A DNA stretch of 48,887 nucleotides from an uncultured Christensenellaceae bacterium (GTDB taxonomy: Bacteria; Bacillota; Clostridia; Christensenellales; UBA3700). The notes under the pieces are model-generated. The model ran no database searches, was not told the DNA's origin, and saw only the letters and a list, made by a program, of their open reading frames with translations. The stretch lies in the NCBI GenBank assembly GCA_944381345.1, contig CALWKU010000049.1:1-48887 (forward strand), given 5' to 3'. This document shows positions 37,431 to 46,312 of this stretch, piece by piece; positions within the stretch are counted from its first letter, which is position 1, and each line of letters begins with the position of its first letter. The translations under genes and the position numbers were made by a program.

Positions 37431-38053
37431 AAGATCAATATGTATACCAAACGGGCACGGGGCTTTATGTCAATCTGACCAATCGCTGCAGCAACCGCTG
37501 CGATTTCTGCGTGCGCAACTACGACGCAGACAAGACCAAACATCACGGTTTTGCGGGCTACGATCTTTGGCTCGACCACGAGCCGTCGTCGGACGAAGTC
37601 GTCGCCAAAGCAGCCGCCGCGCTCGACGCTCATCCCGAGACAGAAGAGATCGTGTTCTGCGGCTACGGAGAACCGACGTACCGCGTCGAACAGCTTTGCG
37701 CAGTCGCAGACTTCGCGCACGAGAGAGGACTCAAAACGCGTCTCAACACCAACGGGCACGGCAACGCGATCAACGGGCGCGACATCACGGACGATATCGT
37801 CGCGCATATCGACACGATAGGAGTCAGCCTTAATGCGACCGACGCGAAAAAATACGACGCGATCTGCCACGGCAAGTGGGGCGAAAAGAGTTTTGACCTC
37901 ATGCTCGACTTTGCGGGGCGGTGCGTCAAAAGGGGAGGCAACGTCGTGATGTCCGTCGTCGACATCATAGGACAAGAGGAGATAGCGAAGGCGCAGGCGA
38001 TCGCCGATTCGATCGGCGCGAAACTGCGTGTGCGCAAGATGATCAATGGATAG
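37427..38053 (+). CDS. TatD-associated radical SAM protein
   Basis: YVNLTNRCSNRCDFC (CxxxCxxC), FCGYGEP, RLNTNG, SLNA; follows tatD. Confidence 0.9.
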   Translation: MKDQYVYQTGTGLYVNLTNRCSNRCDFCVRNYDADKTKHHGFAGYDLWLDHEPSSDEVVAKAAAALDAHPETEEIVFCGYGEPTYRVEQLCAVADFAHERGLKTRLNTNGHGNAINGRDITDDIVAHIDTIGVSLNATDAKKYDAICHGKWGEKSFDLMLDFAGRCVKRGGNVVMSVVDIIGQEEIAKAQAIADSIGAKLRVRKMING

Positions 38054-38867
38054 GATAGCGGACATCCTCAAACGGCACGGGTTCGGCTTTGACAAGCGAC
38101 TCGGTCAAAATTTTTTGACCGACGCCAACCTGCTTGCCGCGATCGCCGAGGACGCGGGAGTTACGGACGGGGACGTCGTACTCGAGATAGGCGCGGGCGC
38201 GGGGACTTTGACGCGCGCGCTTGCCGACAGGGCAAAGAGGGTGGTCGCGCTCGAGGTGGACGAACATCTGCGCCCCGTCCTTGCCGAGACGCTCGCGGAC
38301 AAGGGCAACGCAGAGGTTGTATTCAAAGATTTTCGCTCGGTCAAAGACGACGAGCTGCGCGCTTTGGCCGGGGACAGGTTCAAGGTGGTCGCCAATCTGC
38401 CGTACTACATCACTACGCCGATCGTGATGCGCTTTGTCGAAGGGGACGTGCGCCCGGAAAGCATGTCGGTGATGGTACAAAAGGAAGTCGCCGACCGTCT
38501 CGCCGCTTCGCCGGGAACAGCCGATTACGGCGCGATCACCGCGTCGGTCGCGCTGTGCTGCGACGTAAAGATAACTCGTTTTGTGCCGCGGTCGCTGTTC
38601 ACGCCCCCGCCCAACGTCGACAGCAGCGTCGTCAGATTGGATTTTGTCGACAAGATGCCGAGAGCAAAAGAACAAAAGACGAGCCGACTGATCGGCGCGG
38701 CGTTTGCGATGAGGCGCAAGACTTTGGTCAACAATCTCGCCCATGCCGGATATGCGAAAGATGCGGTCACGGCGGCGCTCGAAACGATGGGACTGCGCGC
38801 CGACGTCAGGGGAGAAGTGCTGTCTTATCTCGACTTCGCAAAATTGCAAAATTTGCTGTCTGTGTAG
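38046..38867 (+). CDS. rsmA: 16S rRNA A1518/A1519 dimethyltransferase
   Basis: LGQNFL, EIGAGAG, ANLPYYIT, QKEVA, PPPNVDS, RRKTL. Confidence 0.95.
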   Translation: MDRIADILKRHGFGFDKRLGQNFLTDANLLAAIAEDAGVTDGDVVLEIGAGAGTLTRALADRAKRVVALEVDEHLRPVLAETLADKGNAEVVFKDFRSVKDDELRALAGDRFKVVANLPYYITTPIVMRFVEGDVRPESMSVMVQKEVADRLAASPGTADYGAITASVALCCDVKITRFVPRSLFTPPPNVDSSVVRLDFVDKMPRAKEQKTSRLIGAAFAMRRKTLVNNLAHAGYAKDAVTAALETMGLRADVRGEVLSYLDFAKLQNLLSV

Positions 38868-38879
38868 GTTATCGCTATA

Positions 38880-39278
38880 TTATTGCTCGAATTCTTCCGG
38901 GTGCGAGGCGCGGTATTCTTTTTCGCTCGTCTCAAGCTCGGCATATTTTTGTCTTATTTTTTTGTCTCGGTTGAATGCGGTCAAACCTACCGAAGCGACC
39001 GCCGCGGTCACGGCGATCAACGCATAGCAAACAGTCGTTGCTCCGAGTACGCCCGTCAATATGCATACGTGCAGGGACGCGAGAACAATCAGAGTCAATA
39101 TGCCGGCGCGCCGCACTATATAGCGGCTCGCGCGCTTGCCGCGCTCGCTGCGCGGGTCTTTGTGGTAGCCGGCAAGCAATATCCCGCCCGCGCCGAACAG
39201 AAAGCACATGCCTATCGCATAGACGGGCGCAAGCACCACTGATACGATCACCGCAACTGCAATGTTGAGTTCGGGCAT
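38880..39278 (-). CDS. Small 3-TM membrane protein
   Basis: GGAGGTGA RBS before ATG 39278; hydrophobic helices; LLAGY motif. Confidence 0.75.
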   Translation of the reverse strand: MPELNIAVAVIVSVVLAPVYAIGMCFLFGAGGILLAGYHKDPRSERGKRASRYIVRRAGILTLIVLASLHVCILTGVLGATTVCYALIAVTAAVASVGLTAFNRDKKIRQKYAELETSEKEYRASHPEEFEQ

Positions 39279-39304
39279 ATTCACCTCCGAGTGCTTTCAA
39301 GTGC

Positions 39305-39332
39305 ATTATAGCATAACGGGGGGTGGTGTCAA
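39305..39332 (-). promoter_or_regulatory. sigma-A promoter
   Basis: Minus strand TTGACA-16 bp-TATAAT with extended TG. Confidence 0.7.
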
Positions 39333-39414
39333 TACCGATTTTTGCGGCAAACAGCGTTCGTTCGCGGAATATCGCGCGATATCCGAAACTATATTGAAGT
39401 GTAACGGAGGCGAT

Positions 39415-40179
39415 ATGAAAGTGATCCAAAGATTCGTACTGAAAAGCGGCGGCGAGGCTAAGGGCGCAGCAAAAGTCGCTGCGGGAAGTGAAGGCAATTA
39501 TGTCGAAGCGGTCTGCGCGCTGCCGTTTGACGCGGTCGTAGCGACGTCGGGCAACGAGGCGATCGAGGTGCGCGACGGCAAACCGCTGCCGGTCGGCGTG
39601 GACGGCGTCGCGCTCTATCTCGGGCAAGAACTTGTCGCGTCGGGCGGAGCGAGGGCGGGATATGCGCCCGCATATGAGGGGAAAACGCCCTCGGCGACGG
39701 AGGAGAATGCCTCGGGAACGGCCGCCGCTTCCGAAAACTTCGGAAAGACAAAGGAAAGCGGGGCAGCCGCGTCCGGCGGAGAAAAGCCGCAAGCAGCGAG
39801 TGCGGAGAGCGATGAAGGACGTAACATTCCGCAGACGAGCGAGACGACGGGCGGAGAGACAAAAGAAGGCGGATTTTTCAAATTGATCGAGCCGAAACTG
39901 ACCGAATTGTTTGAAGGCAGAGAGAGGGTGAGCGGACTGGAAGCGGTTTTCCCCGACTCGAAGTGGGTAAGCGTGGACGACGGCGACGAGCCGGCATATG
40001 TCGTCGGCGTCGTCGGAAAGCCTGTGCAATTCATCTGTTACGGAGTGCCCGACGCGGACGGAAGCGCTCCGCCGAAAGGCAGAGAAGAGTGCCGTCAATG
40101 GTTGCCGCTGCCGGGCGGCGGCGGATATTGGATGATGTATCAATCCGCAGATGACGGAAGCACGTTGACCGCGTTATAA
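39415..40179 (+). CDS. Hypothetical two-domain protein with low-complexity linker
   Basis: GGAGG RBS; C-domain PDSKWV...ICYGVP...GYWMMYQ. Confidence 0.75.
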   Translation: MKVIQRFVLKSGGEAKGAAKVAAGSEGNYVEAVCALPFDAVVATSGNEAIEVRDGKPLPVGVDGVALYLGQELVASGGARAGYAPAYEGKTPSATEENASGTAAASENFGKTKESGAAASGGEKPQAASAESDEGRNIPQTSETTGGETKEGGFFKLIEPKLTELFEGRERVSGLEAVFPDSKWVSVDDGDEPAYVVGVVGKPVQFICYGVPDADGSAPPKGREECRQWLPLPGGGGYWMMYQSADDGSTLTAL

Positions 40180-40331
40180 CGCGATACATATCGCAAAAAA
40201 CGCCGTGGCAAGACCAAATATGCCGTTGCGGAGGAACGGGACGTTCGGCTTTGAAATTCGTGTGATCGTTAGTCTCGCCCGATATAAATGTAATAAATAA
40301 GTAAAATCTTGCGCGCCGCGACCAAAAAGCA

Positions 40332-40360
40332 TTGACCGTCCCCGCCCGTTGACATAAAAT
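40332..40360 (+). promoter_or_regulatory. sigma-A promoter
   Basis: TTGACC-17 bp-TAAAAT. Confidence 0.65.
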
Positions 40361-40388
40361 AGACGTACAACAAAAAGGGAAGGTCATT

Positions 40389-42878
40389 ATGCTCGAACTT
40401 CGCAACATCACAAAAGATTACCCGGTAGGCGACGGCGTAGTCCGCGCGCTCAAGGGCATCGATCTCAAATTCCGCGACACCGAATTCGTCTCCGTGCTGG
40501 GGCAGTCGGGCTGCGGCAAGACTACGCTGCTCAACATCATAGGCGGTCTCGACCGCTATACGTCGGGCGACCTTCTGATCGACGGCGTGTCTACCAAGGT
40601 CTATAAGGACGTCGATTGGGACGCATATCGCAACCTCAGGATAGGTTTTGTCTTTCAAAGTTACAACCTCATTTCGCATATGACCATTTTGGACAACGTC
40701 GCCATGGCGTTGACGCTGTCCGGCGTCAGCCGCTCCGAGCGCAACAGGCGCGCCCGCGAGGCTCTCGCCAAGGTCGGGCTTTCCGAGCAGGTCAAGAAAC
40801 TGCCCAACCAGCTTTCCGGAGGACAGATGCAGCGCGTCTCTATCGCGCGTGCGCTGATCAACGATCCCGAGATCATTCTTGCCGACGAGCCTACGGGCGC
40901 GCTCGACAGCGCGACGAGCATTCAGGTCATGGACATCCTCAAAGAGATATCCGAGACCCGCCTCATCATCATGGTCACGCACAACTCCGAGCTTGCGGAC
41001 AAATATTCCACACGCATAGTGCGCCTTAAAGACGGAGAGGTCATCGACGACAGCGATCCGTTCACTCCCGATGAGAACACGGAGGCGCAGGCGAAAGAAC
41101 TTGCCGCGACAGGGATCGGAACTCAATTGACCGAAAAGGAGAAAAAGAAAAAGCTCAAGCGCACGAGCATGAGCTTTTTGACCGCTATCAAGCTGTCGTT
41201 CCGCAACCTGATGACCAAAAAGGGCAGGACGATCATGACCGCGATCGCGGGCAGCATAGGCATCATAGGCGTGTCGCTGGTGCTGGCGATCTCCAACGGC
41301 TTCACAAGTTATGTCACAAATCTCCAAACGACGGTGCTGTCGGGCTATCCGGTGCAGATCACGAGCCAAACTCTCGATACAGAAGCGATCATGGCGCTGT
41401 TTATGGGTACGACGAGCGATTCGGGCAGAGTGCAATATCCCCAGGACGGACAACTCAACGGCTTCGATTCCTCCGACGCGATAGACGGACTGTTTACATC
41501 AAACGACATCTCGCAAGAGTATATAGAGTATGTCCAAAAGGCGCAGGACTACGGCTGGGCAAGCAGCATCGATTACGGCTACGGCATGGAATATACCGTC
41601 GTCAACAAGACGCAATCTACGGCGCAAGGCACGCCCTCATACGAAAAGGTCAACAACCTCGGCGGAATGATGGGGTTGGCGCAAGGCGGCGGTCCGTCGA
41701 TAGGCTGGTATCAATTGCTTGAAAACAAAGACCTGATCTTGTCGCAATACGATGTCATAACAGGCAAGTTCCCCGAGAACAAAAATGAAGTCGTGTTGGT
41801 CGTCGACACCTACAACACCGTCAACACCACGGTGTTGGAAGGCTTGGGGATCCCGTTTAAGGAATACTCCGACGTGCACGACAATATAAAAATGCCGTTG
41901 GAAACGGTGTTGGGAAAAGAGCTGACCATACTCGACAACAACGCTCTCTACAAAAAGCTCGACGAGCCGAGCGGCAACAGATTGTTTGAGAAGAGAGAAG
42001 ATGACGAAGAGTTTTATCGTCAATGCGTAGAGGGCGAGTACACGGAGGGTGTGACCAAGGTACAGGTGGTCGGCGTGCTGCGCCTCAAAGAGGACGAAAT
42101 GCTCGGTTTGCTGACCCAGGGCATCAACTATCTTCCCGAACTGCGCGATGAGATAATGGCGAGCAATGCGGAATCGGAGATCGTACTTGCGCAGAAAGAA
42201 AACACCGAGTACAACATCGTTACCGGGGATAAGTTTTCTTCTTCAACAAGCATCATCGATAGCGACGCGCAGACATATAAGCAATGTATGCAGCAGCTCG
42301 GCGGCGACAACACCCCGACAGACATGAACATCTATCCCGTCGACTTTGAGGCGAAGGAACAGATCATAAACCATCTTGACGCGTGGAACTCGGCCCACCC
42401 GGACAACGAGGTCAAATATACCGACTTGTCCGCGACCGCGACGGAGATGATGAACGAGATCATCCGCATCATATCCATAGTTCTCGTCTGTTTTGCGGCG
42501 ATCTCGCTGGTCGTGTCGTCGGTGATGATCGGCATCATAACCTACGTCTCCGTCGTCGAGAGGACAAAGGAGATAGGCATATTGCGCTCGCTTGGCGCGC
42601 GCAAGAGGGATATTTACAACGTGTTCAACGCCGAGAGCTTTATCGTCGGATTGTTCGCGGGCGTGATCGGCGTAGTCGTCACCTACATTTTGCAGCCTAT
42701 CGTCAATGTGGTCATTCAGAACATCGCAAATATGCCGACGCTGTCGCTTTGCTCGTTCAACCCGCTGCATGCGCTGCTCATGGTCGTTATCAGTTTCTGT
42801 CTGACGGTGATCGCGGGGCTTGTGCCCTCGTCCGTCGCGGCAAAGCGCGACCCGGTCGTGGCGTTGAGATCGGAATGA
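40389..42878 (+). CDS. MacB/FtsX-type ABC transporter, fused ATPase and permease
   Basis: [20 protein letters not shown]; [14 protein letters not shown]; ends DPVVALRSE. Confidence 0.93.
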   Translation: MLELRNITKDYPVGDGVVRALKGIDLKFRDTEFVSVLGQSGCGKTTLLNIIGGLDRYTSGDLLIDGVSTKVYKDVDWDAYRNLRIGFVFQSYNLISHMTILDNVAMALTLSGVSRSERNRRAREALAKVGLSEQVKKLPNQLSGGQMQRVSIARALINDPEIILADEPTGALDSATSIQVMDILKEISETRLIIMVTHNSELADKYSTRIVRLKDGEVIDDSDPFTPDENTEAQAKELAATGIGTQLTEKEKKKKLKRTSMSFLTAIKLSFRNLMTKKGRTIMTAIAGSIGIIGVSLVLAISNGFTSYVTNLQTTVLSGYPVQITSQTLDTEAIMALFMGTTSDSGRVQYPQDGQLNGFDSSDAIDGLFTSNDISQEYIEYVQKAQDYGWASSIDYGYGMEYTVVNKTQSTAQGTPSYEKVNNLGGMMGLAQGGGPSIGWYQLLENKDLILSQYDVITGKFPENKNEVVLVVDTYNTVNTTVLEGLGIPFKEYSDVHDNIKMPLETVLGKELTILDNNALYKKLDEPSGNRLFEKREDDEEFYRQCVEGEYTEGVTKVQVVGVLRLKEDEMLGLLTQGINYLPELRDEIMASNAESEIVLAQKENTEYNIVTGDKFSSSTSIIDSDAQTYKQCMQQLGGDNTPTDMNIYPVDFEAKEQIINHLDAWNSAHPDNEVKYTDLSATATEMMNEIIRIISIVLVCFAAISLVVSSVMIGIITYVSVVERTKEIGILRSLGARKRDIYNVFNAESFIVGLFAGVIGVVVTYILQPIVNVVIQNIANMPTLSLCSFNPLHALLMVVISFCLTVIAGLVPSSVAAKRDPVVALRSE

Positions 42879-42922
42879 CATATTTGACCGAGGCGAGCCT
42901 CGGCGATAATATAACCTCATAC

Positions 42923-42953
42923 AAAGCGGCGGTCCTTCGGGGTCGCCGCTTTT
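42923..42953 (+). terminator. Intrinsic terminator
   Basis: AAAGCGGCGGTCC-ttcg-GGGTCGCCGCTTTT. Confidence 0.85.
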
Positions 42954-42967
42954 GCGAAAAAGATGAC

Positions 42968-42996
42968 TTGAAAATAAGGAAAGGGTGTGTTATAAT
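42968..42996 (+). promoter_or_regulatory. sigma-A promoter of GH16 gene
   Basis: TTGAAA-17 bp-TATAAT with extended TG. Confidence 0.7.
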
Positions 42997-43032
42997 CGAA
43001 TTAAAGGCGCGATATACGCCAAAAAGGACAAC

Positions 43033-43911
43033 ATGAAGAAATTGCTTGCGACTATCGCCGCGACAGCTTTGCTCATCACTCTTGCGGTCTCGGCGGTTTC
43101 TTGTGTGCACAGTCCCGACGAGGACAGCGTCATCGACTACGACGCGTTGGGCGAACCCGTCTTTGCAGACGACTTCGACGGCTTTGACGCGACGGTCTGG
43201 AAAGCCGCGAACGACGGCGTGCGCCGCGGAGGCTATTGGGATATGGGACAGATCGAAGCCGTGGACGGAAATCTCGTCATCACGACCGAGTATCTTGAGG
43301 ACGGCACGTTCGGCGCGGGGTGGTACACCGGCGCGATCGTCTCCGAACGCCGGTTTGAGGGCGGAGGATACTATGCCGAAGTGCGCTGCAAGCTGCCGGC
43401 AGGCGCGGGGCAATGGGGCGCGTTTTGGCTCAATTCGCCCGATATGACCGCCGACGGAAACGGCACGGAGATAGACGTCGTCGAGGGTGCGTATTACGAT
43501 GATCCGAAAATGGATGATAAGTACAAAGACACAGCGTTCCACACTATCCACGCGTTCGGCTACGGCGACGAACACGAGTCCAAACAGTCGCCCTACTACA
43601 AGGTCGAAAGAGGGATCTATGACAGTTTCAATACCTACGGAGTCTACTGGGACGAGGACGGTTACAAGTTTTTCGTCAACGGAATGCTGACATGGGAGAC
43701 GGATTTCTGTCCGAGCGAAGCCGCCGAATATCTGGAGCTTTCGGTCGAGATCGCGGGCGCGTACGACAGCGCCGATCCGTCCAATCCCGACAACAAATAC
43801 ACTTGGGGAGGAGAGATCACGTCCAACGAGGGCGGTAAAGACTTTGTCTCCGAGTTCGTCATAGACTATGTCAAGGTCTACAAGACGGACGGTATCCCTT
43901 TTGTAAAGTAA
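43033..43911 (+). CDS. GH16 glycoside hydrolase, probable lipoprotein
   Basis: Signal peptide ending AVSC; WGAFWL; catalytic EIDVVE; IDYVKVY. Confidence 0.9.
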   Translation: MKKLLATIAATALLITLAVSAVSCVHSPDEDSVIDYDALGEPVFADDFDGFDATVWKAANDGVRRGGYWDMGQIEAVDGNLVITTEYLEDGTFGAGWYTGAIVSERRFEGGGYYAEVRCKLPAGAGQWGAFWLNSPDMTADGNGTEIDVVEGAYYDDPKMDDKYKDTAFHTIHAFGYGDEHESKQSPYYKVERGIYDSFNTYGVYWDEDGYKFFVNGMLTWETDFCPSEAAEYLELSVEIAGAYDSADPSNPDNKYTWGGEITSNEGGKDFVSEFVIDYVKVYKTDGIPFVK

Positions 43912-43917
43912 GAAGAT

Positions 43918-43954
43918 AAAAAACCGCCGCGGCAACGTCGCCGCGGCGGTTTTT
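43918..43954. terminator. Bidirectional terminator
   Basis: AAAAACCGCCGCGGC-aacgtc-GCCGCGGCGGTTTTT between convergent genes. Confidence 0.88.
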
Positions 43955-43958
43955 CGAA

Positions 43959-44366
43959 TTATTCCCTGTTTTCTTTCTCTTCGCTGCGCATTTGAGTTTC
44001 AATGCGCTCCTGTTTCTTTTTGACTGCTTCGGACGCCTTGTTGCACGCCTTGTTCATCAATATCGACACAACGATGATGATCGCTATCGTGATGAAGATC
44101 GCCAACACTCCTTTCCACATGATGTTGAGCGCGGCGATGACGTTGTCCTTGTCAAAGTGCAGATCGACGATGGAGTCGTCCTCGGAGGGAGCGGCGTCCT
44201 CGTCGGGGGTTTCACTCTCAGTCCCCTCGGCGGGAGTTTCGACGACCTCGTCGGCGGGAGCGCTATCTTCGGCGACCGCCGTTTGTCCGAACGCGAACAC
44301 GGTCAGCAGCACTATCAGGCACAACAGCGTGCCGGTGAATACCTTTTTCAAAACATTGCTTTTCAT
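43959..44366 (-). CDS. OadG-related small membrane subunit with N-terminal signal peptide and acidic linker
   Basis: GGAGGTG RBS; C-terminal ALNIMWKGVLAIFITIAIII helix of OadG type; directly downstream of oadB. Confidence 0.7.
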   Translation of the reverse strand: MKSNVLKKVFTGTLLCLIVLLTVFAFGQTAVAEDSAPADEVVETPAEGTESETPDEDAAPSEDDSIVDLHFDKDNVIAALNIMWKGVLAIFITIAIIIVVSILMNKACNKASEAVKKKQERIETQMRSEEKENRE

Positions 44367-44379
44367 ATCGCGCACCTCC

Positions 44380-45495
44380 TCAAGCGAGTACCAGACTGAT
44401 GATCAGTCCGCCCACGATCGCCGAAGCGATCTGACCCGAGACGTTGGCGCCTATCGCGTGCATCAACAGGTGGTTGGTTGGATCTTCTTTGAGTCCCATC
44501 TTTTGGATGACTCTCGCCGACATCGGGAAGGCGGAAATGCCAGCCGCGCCGATCATCGGGTTGATCTTCTTTTTGGAGAACAAATTCATCGCCTTGGCAA
44601 AGCCGACGCCCGCCGCGGTATCAAAGATGAACGCCAGAAGTCCGAGCGCGAGGATGAGCAAAGTCTCGACCTGCAGAAAGTCCTCGCCCCTCATCTGCGA
44701 CGCGATCGTGAGACCCAAAAGCAGAGTGATCAGGTTGGCAAGGATGTTTTGCGCAGTCTCGGACATCAATCTCAGCACGCCGCATTCGCGCAGCAGGTTG
44801 CCGAACATCAGGAATCCTACCAAAGCCAGCGACTTGGGAGCGATGAGTCCCGCGACCACCGTGACGACGATGGGGAAGAGTATCTTGGTAGTGCGCGACA
44901 CCTGAGTGGAATTGTATTCCATGCGGATGAGGCGCTCCTTCTTGGTCGTCATCAGTTTGACGACCGCGGGCTGTATGATCGGGACGAGCGCCATATACGA
45001 GTAGGCGACGATAGTGATCGGTCCGAGATATTTGCTGCCGAGAGCCTGCGCAACGACGATCGAGGTTGGCCCGTCCGCCGCGCCAATGATCGCGATGGAC
45101 GCCGCGTCGTTCAGCCCGAAGCCGACAAGCGTTGCGAGCAACAGCGTCATGAAGATGCCGAATTGCGCCGCGCCGCCCAGCAGGAACAGCTTGGGGTTGG
45201 AAAGCAACGGCCCGAAGTCTATCATCGCGCCTATGCCGATGAACAGCAATATAGGCATCGCTTCGGACGCGCCTATGCCTATGTCGAACAGCCAATCGAT
45301 GATGCCTATGCCTTCTTCCGAAGTGACGACGTTGGAAAGGGGGATATTGACAAGGATCGCGCCGAAGCCCATGGGCAACAAAAGCGACGGTTCCATGTCA
45401 AACTTGATCGCAAGAAAGATCAAAAGCCCGCCTATGACCCACATCACGACGTGATACCATTCGACCGCTTGGATTGTGTTGATCAAGAAATCCAT
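44380..45495 (-). CDS. oadB: Sodium ion-translocating decarboxylase beta subunit
   Basis: EPSLLLPMGFGAILVN, GIGAMIDFGP, AAQFGIF, IIGAADGPT, YSYMALVP, SAFPMSAR, GANVSGQI. Confidence 0.93.
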   Translation of the reverse strand: MDFLINTIQAVEWYHVVMWVIGGLLIFLAIKFDMEPSLLLPMGFGAILVNIPLSNVVTSEEGIGIIDWLFDIGIGASEAMPILLFIGIGAMIDFGPLLSNPKLFLLGGAAQFGIFMTLLLATLVGFGLNDAASIAIIGAADGPTSIVVAQALGSKYLGPITIVAYSYMALVPIIQPAVVKLMTTKKERLIRMEYNSTQVSRTTKILFPIVVTVVAGLIAPKSLALVGFLMFGNLLRECGVLRLMSETAQNILANLITLLLGLTIASQMRGEDFLQVETLLILALGLLAFIFDTAAGVGFAKAMNLFSKKKINPMIGAAGISAFPMSARVIQKMGLKEDPTNHLLMHAIGANVSGQIASAIVGGLIISLVLA

Positions 45496-45518
45496 ATCAT
45501 GCTCCTCTTATAGTTCTG

Positions 45519-45550
45519 AAAACCGCAGACCGACGTCGTCGATCCGCGGT
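45519..45550 (-). terminator. Leader terminator (riboswitch expression platform)
   Basis: Minus strand ACCGCGGAUCGAC-gac-GUCGGUCUGCGGU-UUUC, upstream of the oadB RBS; G.U pairs fit the minus strand. Confidence 0.8.
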
Positions 45551-45630
45551 CTCGTCATTTGAAATTAAACCGGAAGGCGATGCCTTCGTGTTAGCGGCTA
45601 ATTGCGCCATGCGCCGACTACTCCCCGCGA
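45544..45630 (-). ncRNA. yybP-ykoY-type (Mn2+-class) riboswitch aptamer, variant L3
   Basis: Minus strand UCGCGG-GGAGUA-GUC...GCUAACAC-GAAGGCaucGCCUUC-CGG...GAC-GAGA-CCGCGG: hallmark GGGGAGUAG and GAGACC ends, four stems. Confidence 0.8.
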
Positions 45631-45649
45631 GGTTTTCCTTTTCTTCAAT

Positions 45650-45679
45650 AGTATAAAATAACGCGAGCGTCAAAGTCAA
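45650..45679 (-). promoter_or_regulatory. sigma-A promoter of the riboswitch-oadB-oadG transcript
   Basis: Minus strand TTGACT-18 bp-TATACT. Confidence 0.7.
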
Positions 45680-45706
45680 CAATTTTTTATTGGGTGTGCG
45701 CTTGCG

Positions 45707-45735
45707 TTGCGCGCGGACGAAGATAATGGTATAAT
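45707..45735 (+). promoter_or_regulatory. sigma-A promoter of luxS
   Basis: TTGCGC-17 bp-TATAAT with extended TG. Confidence 0.65.
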
Positions 45736-45767
45736 CAATGAGAGCGCACAAGCTCACGAGGTGAACA

Positions 45768-46235
45768 ATGGAGAGGATCGCAAGTTTTTCCGTCGACCAC
45801 GAAAGACTGCTGCCGGGGCTGTATGTTTCGCGCAGGGATAATAGGGACGGCGTAGTCGTCACGACGTTCGATCTGCGCTTCACCGCGCCCAACCGCGAGC
45901 CGGTGATGGATATGCCCGCCGTGCACACGATAGAGCATATCGGCGCGACATTTTTGCGTAACGGCGCGCGCAAAGACGACGTCGTTTACTTCGGACCTAT
46001 GGGCTGCCGTACCGGGTTTTATCTGCTTATGTTCGGCAACCTTTCGGCGCGCGACGCGCTGCCGCTCGTGACGCAAATGTGCGAGTTTGTTCTGTCTTTC
46101 GACGGAGATATCCCCGGCGCAAAGCCGGCAGAGTGCGGCAATTGGTCGGAACAAAACCTTGCAATGGCGAAGTTCTATGTAAAGAGATACTTGGACGATA
46201 TCAAGGAAGATCCGCGCACGGAATATCCGAAATAA
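45768..46235 (+). CDS. luxS: S-ribosylhomocysteine lyase
   Basis: SFSVDH, FDLRF, HTIEH, GPMGCRTGFY, IPGA...CGN. Confidence 0.95.
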   Translation: MERIASFSVDHERLLPGLYVSRRDNRDGVVVTTFDLRFTAPNREPVMDMPAVHTIEHIGATFLRNGARKDDVVYFGPMGCRTGFYLLMFGNLSARDALPLVTQMCEFVLSFDGDIPGAKPAECGNWSEQNLAMAKFYVKRYLDDIKEDPRTEYPK

Positions 46236-46312
46236 CAGGAGCCCGTGTTTGTAAACACAGTTTTAGTTTGCCGCCGTCCGCTTCAAAGAGGGCAGGGAGT
46301 CATAATATTTAG

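Noticed and set aside
40205-40215. GGCAAGACC resembling the 3' end of a second yybP-ykoY aptamer
   Set aside because: No upstream GGGGAGTAG partner, and it lies before the promoter of the next gene.
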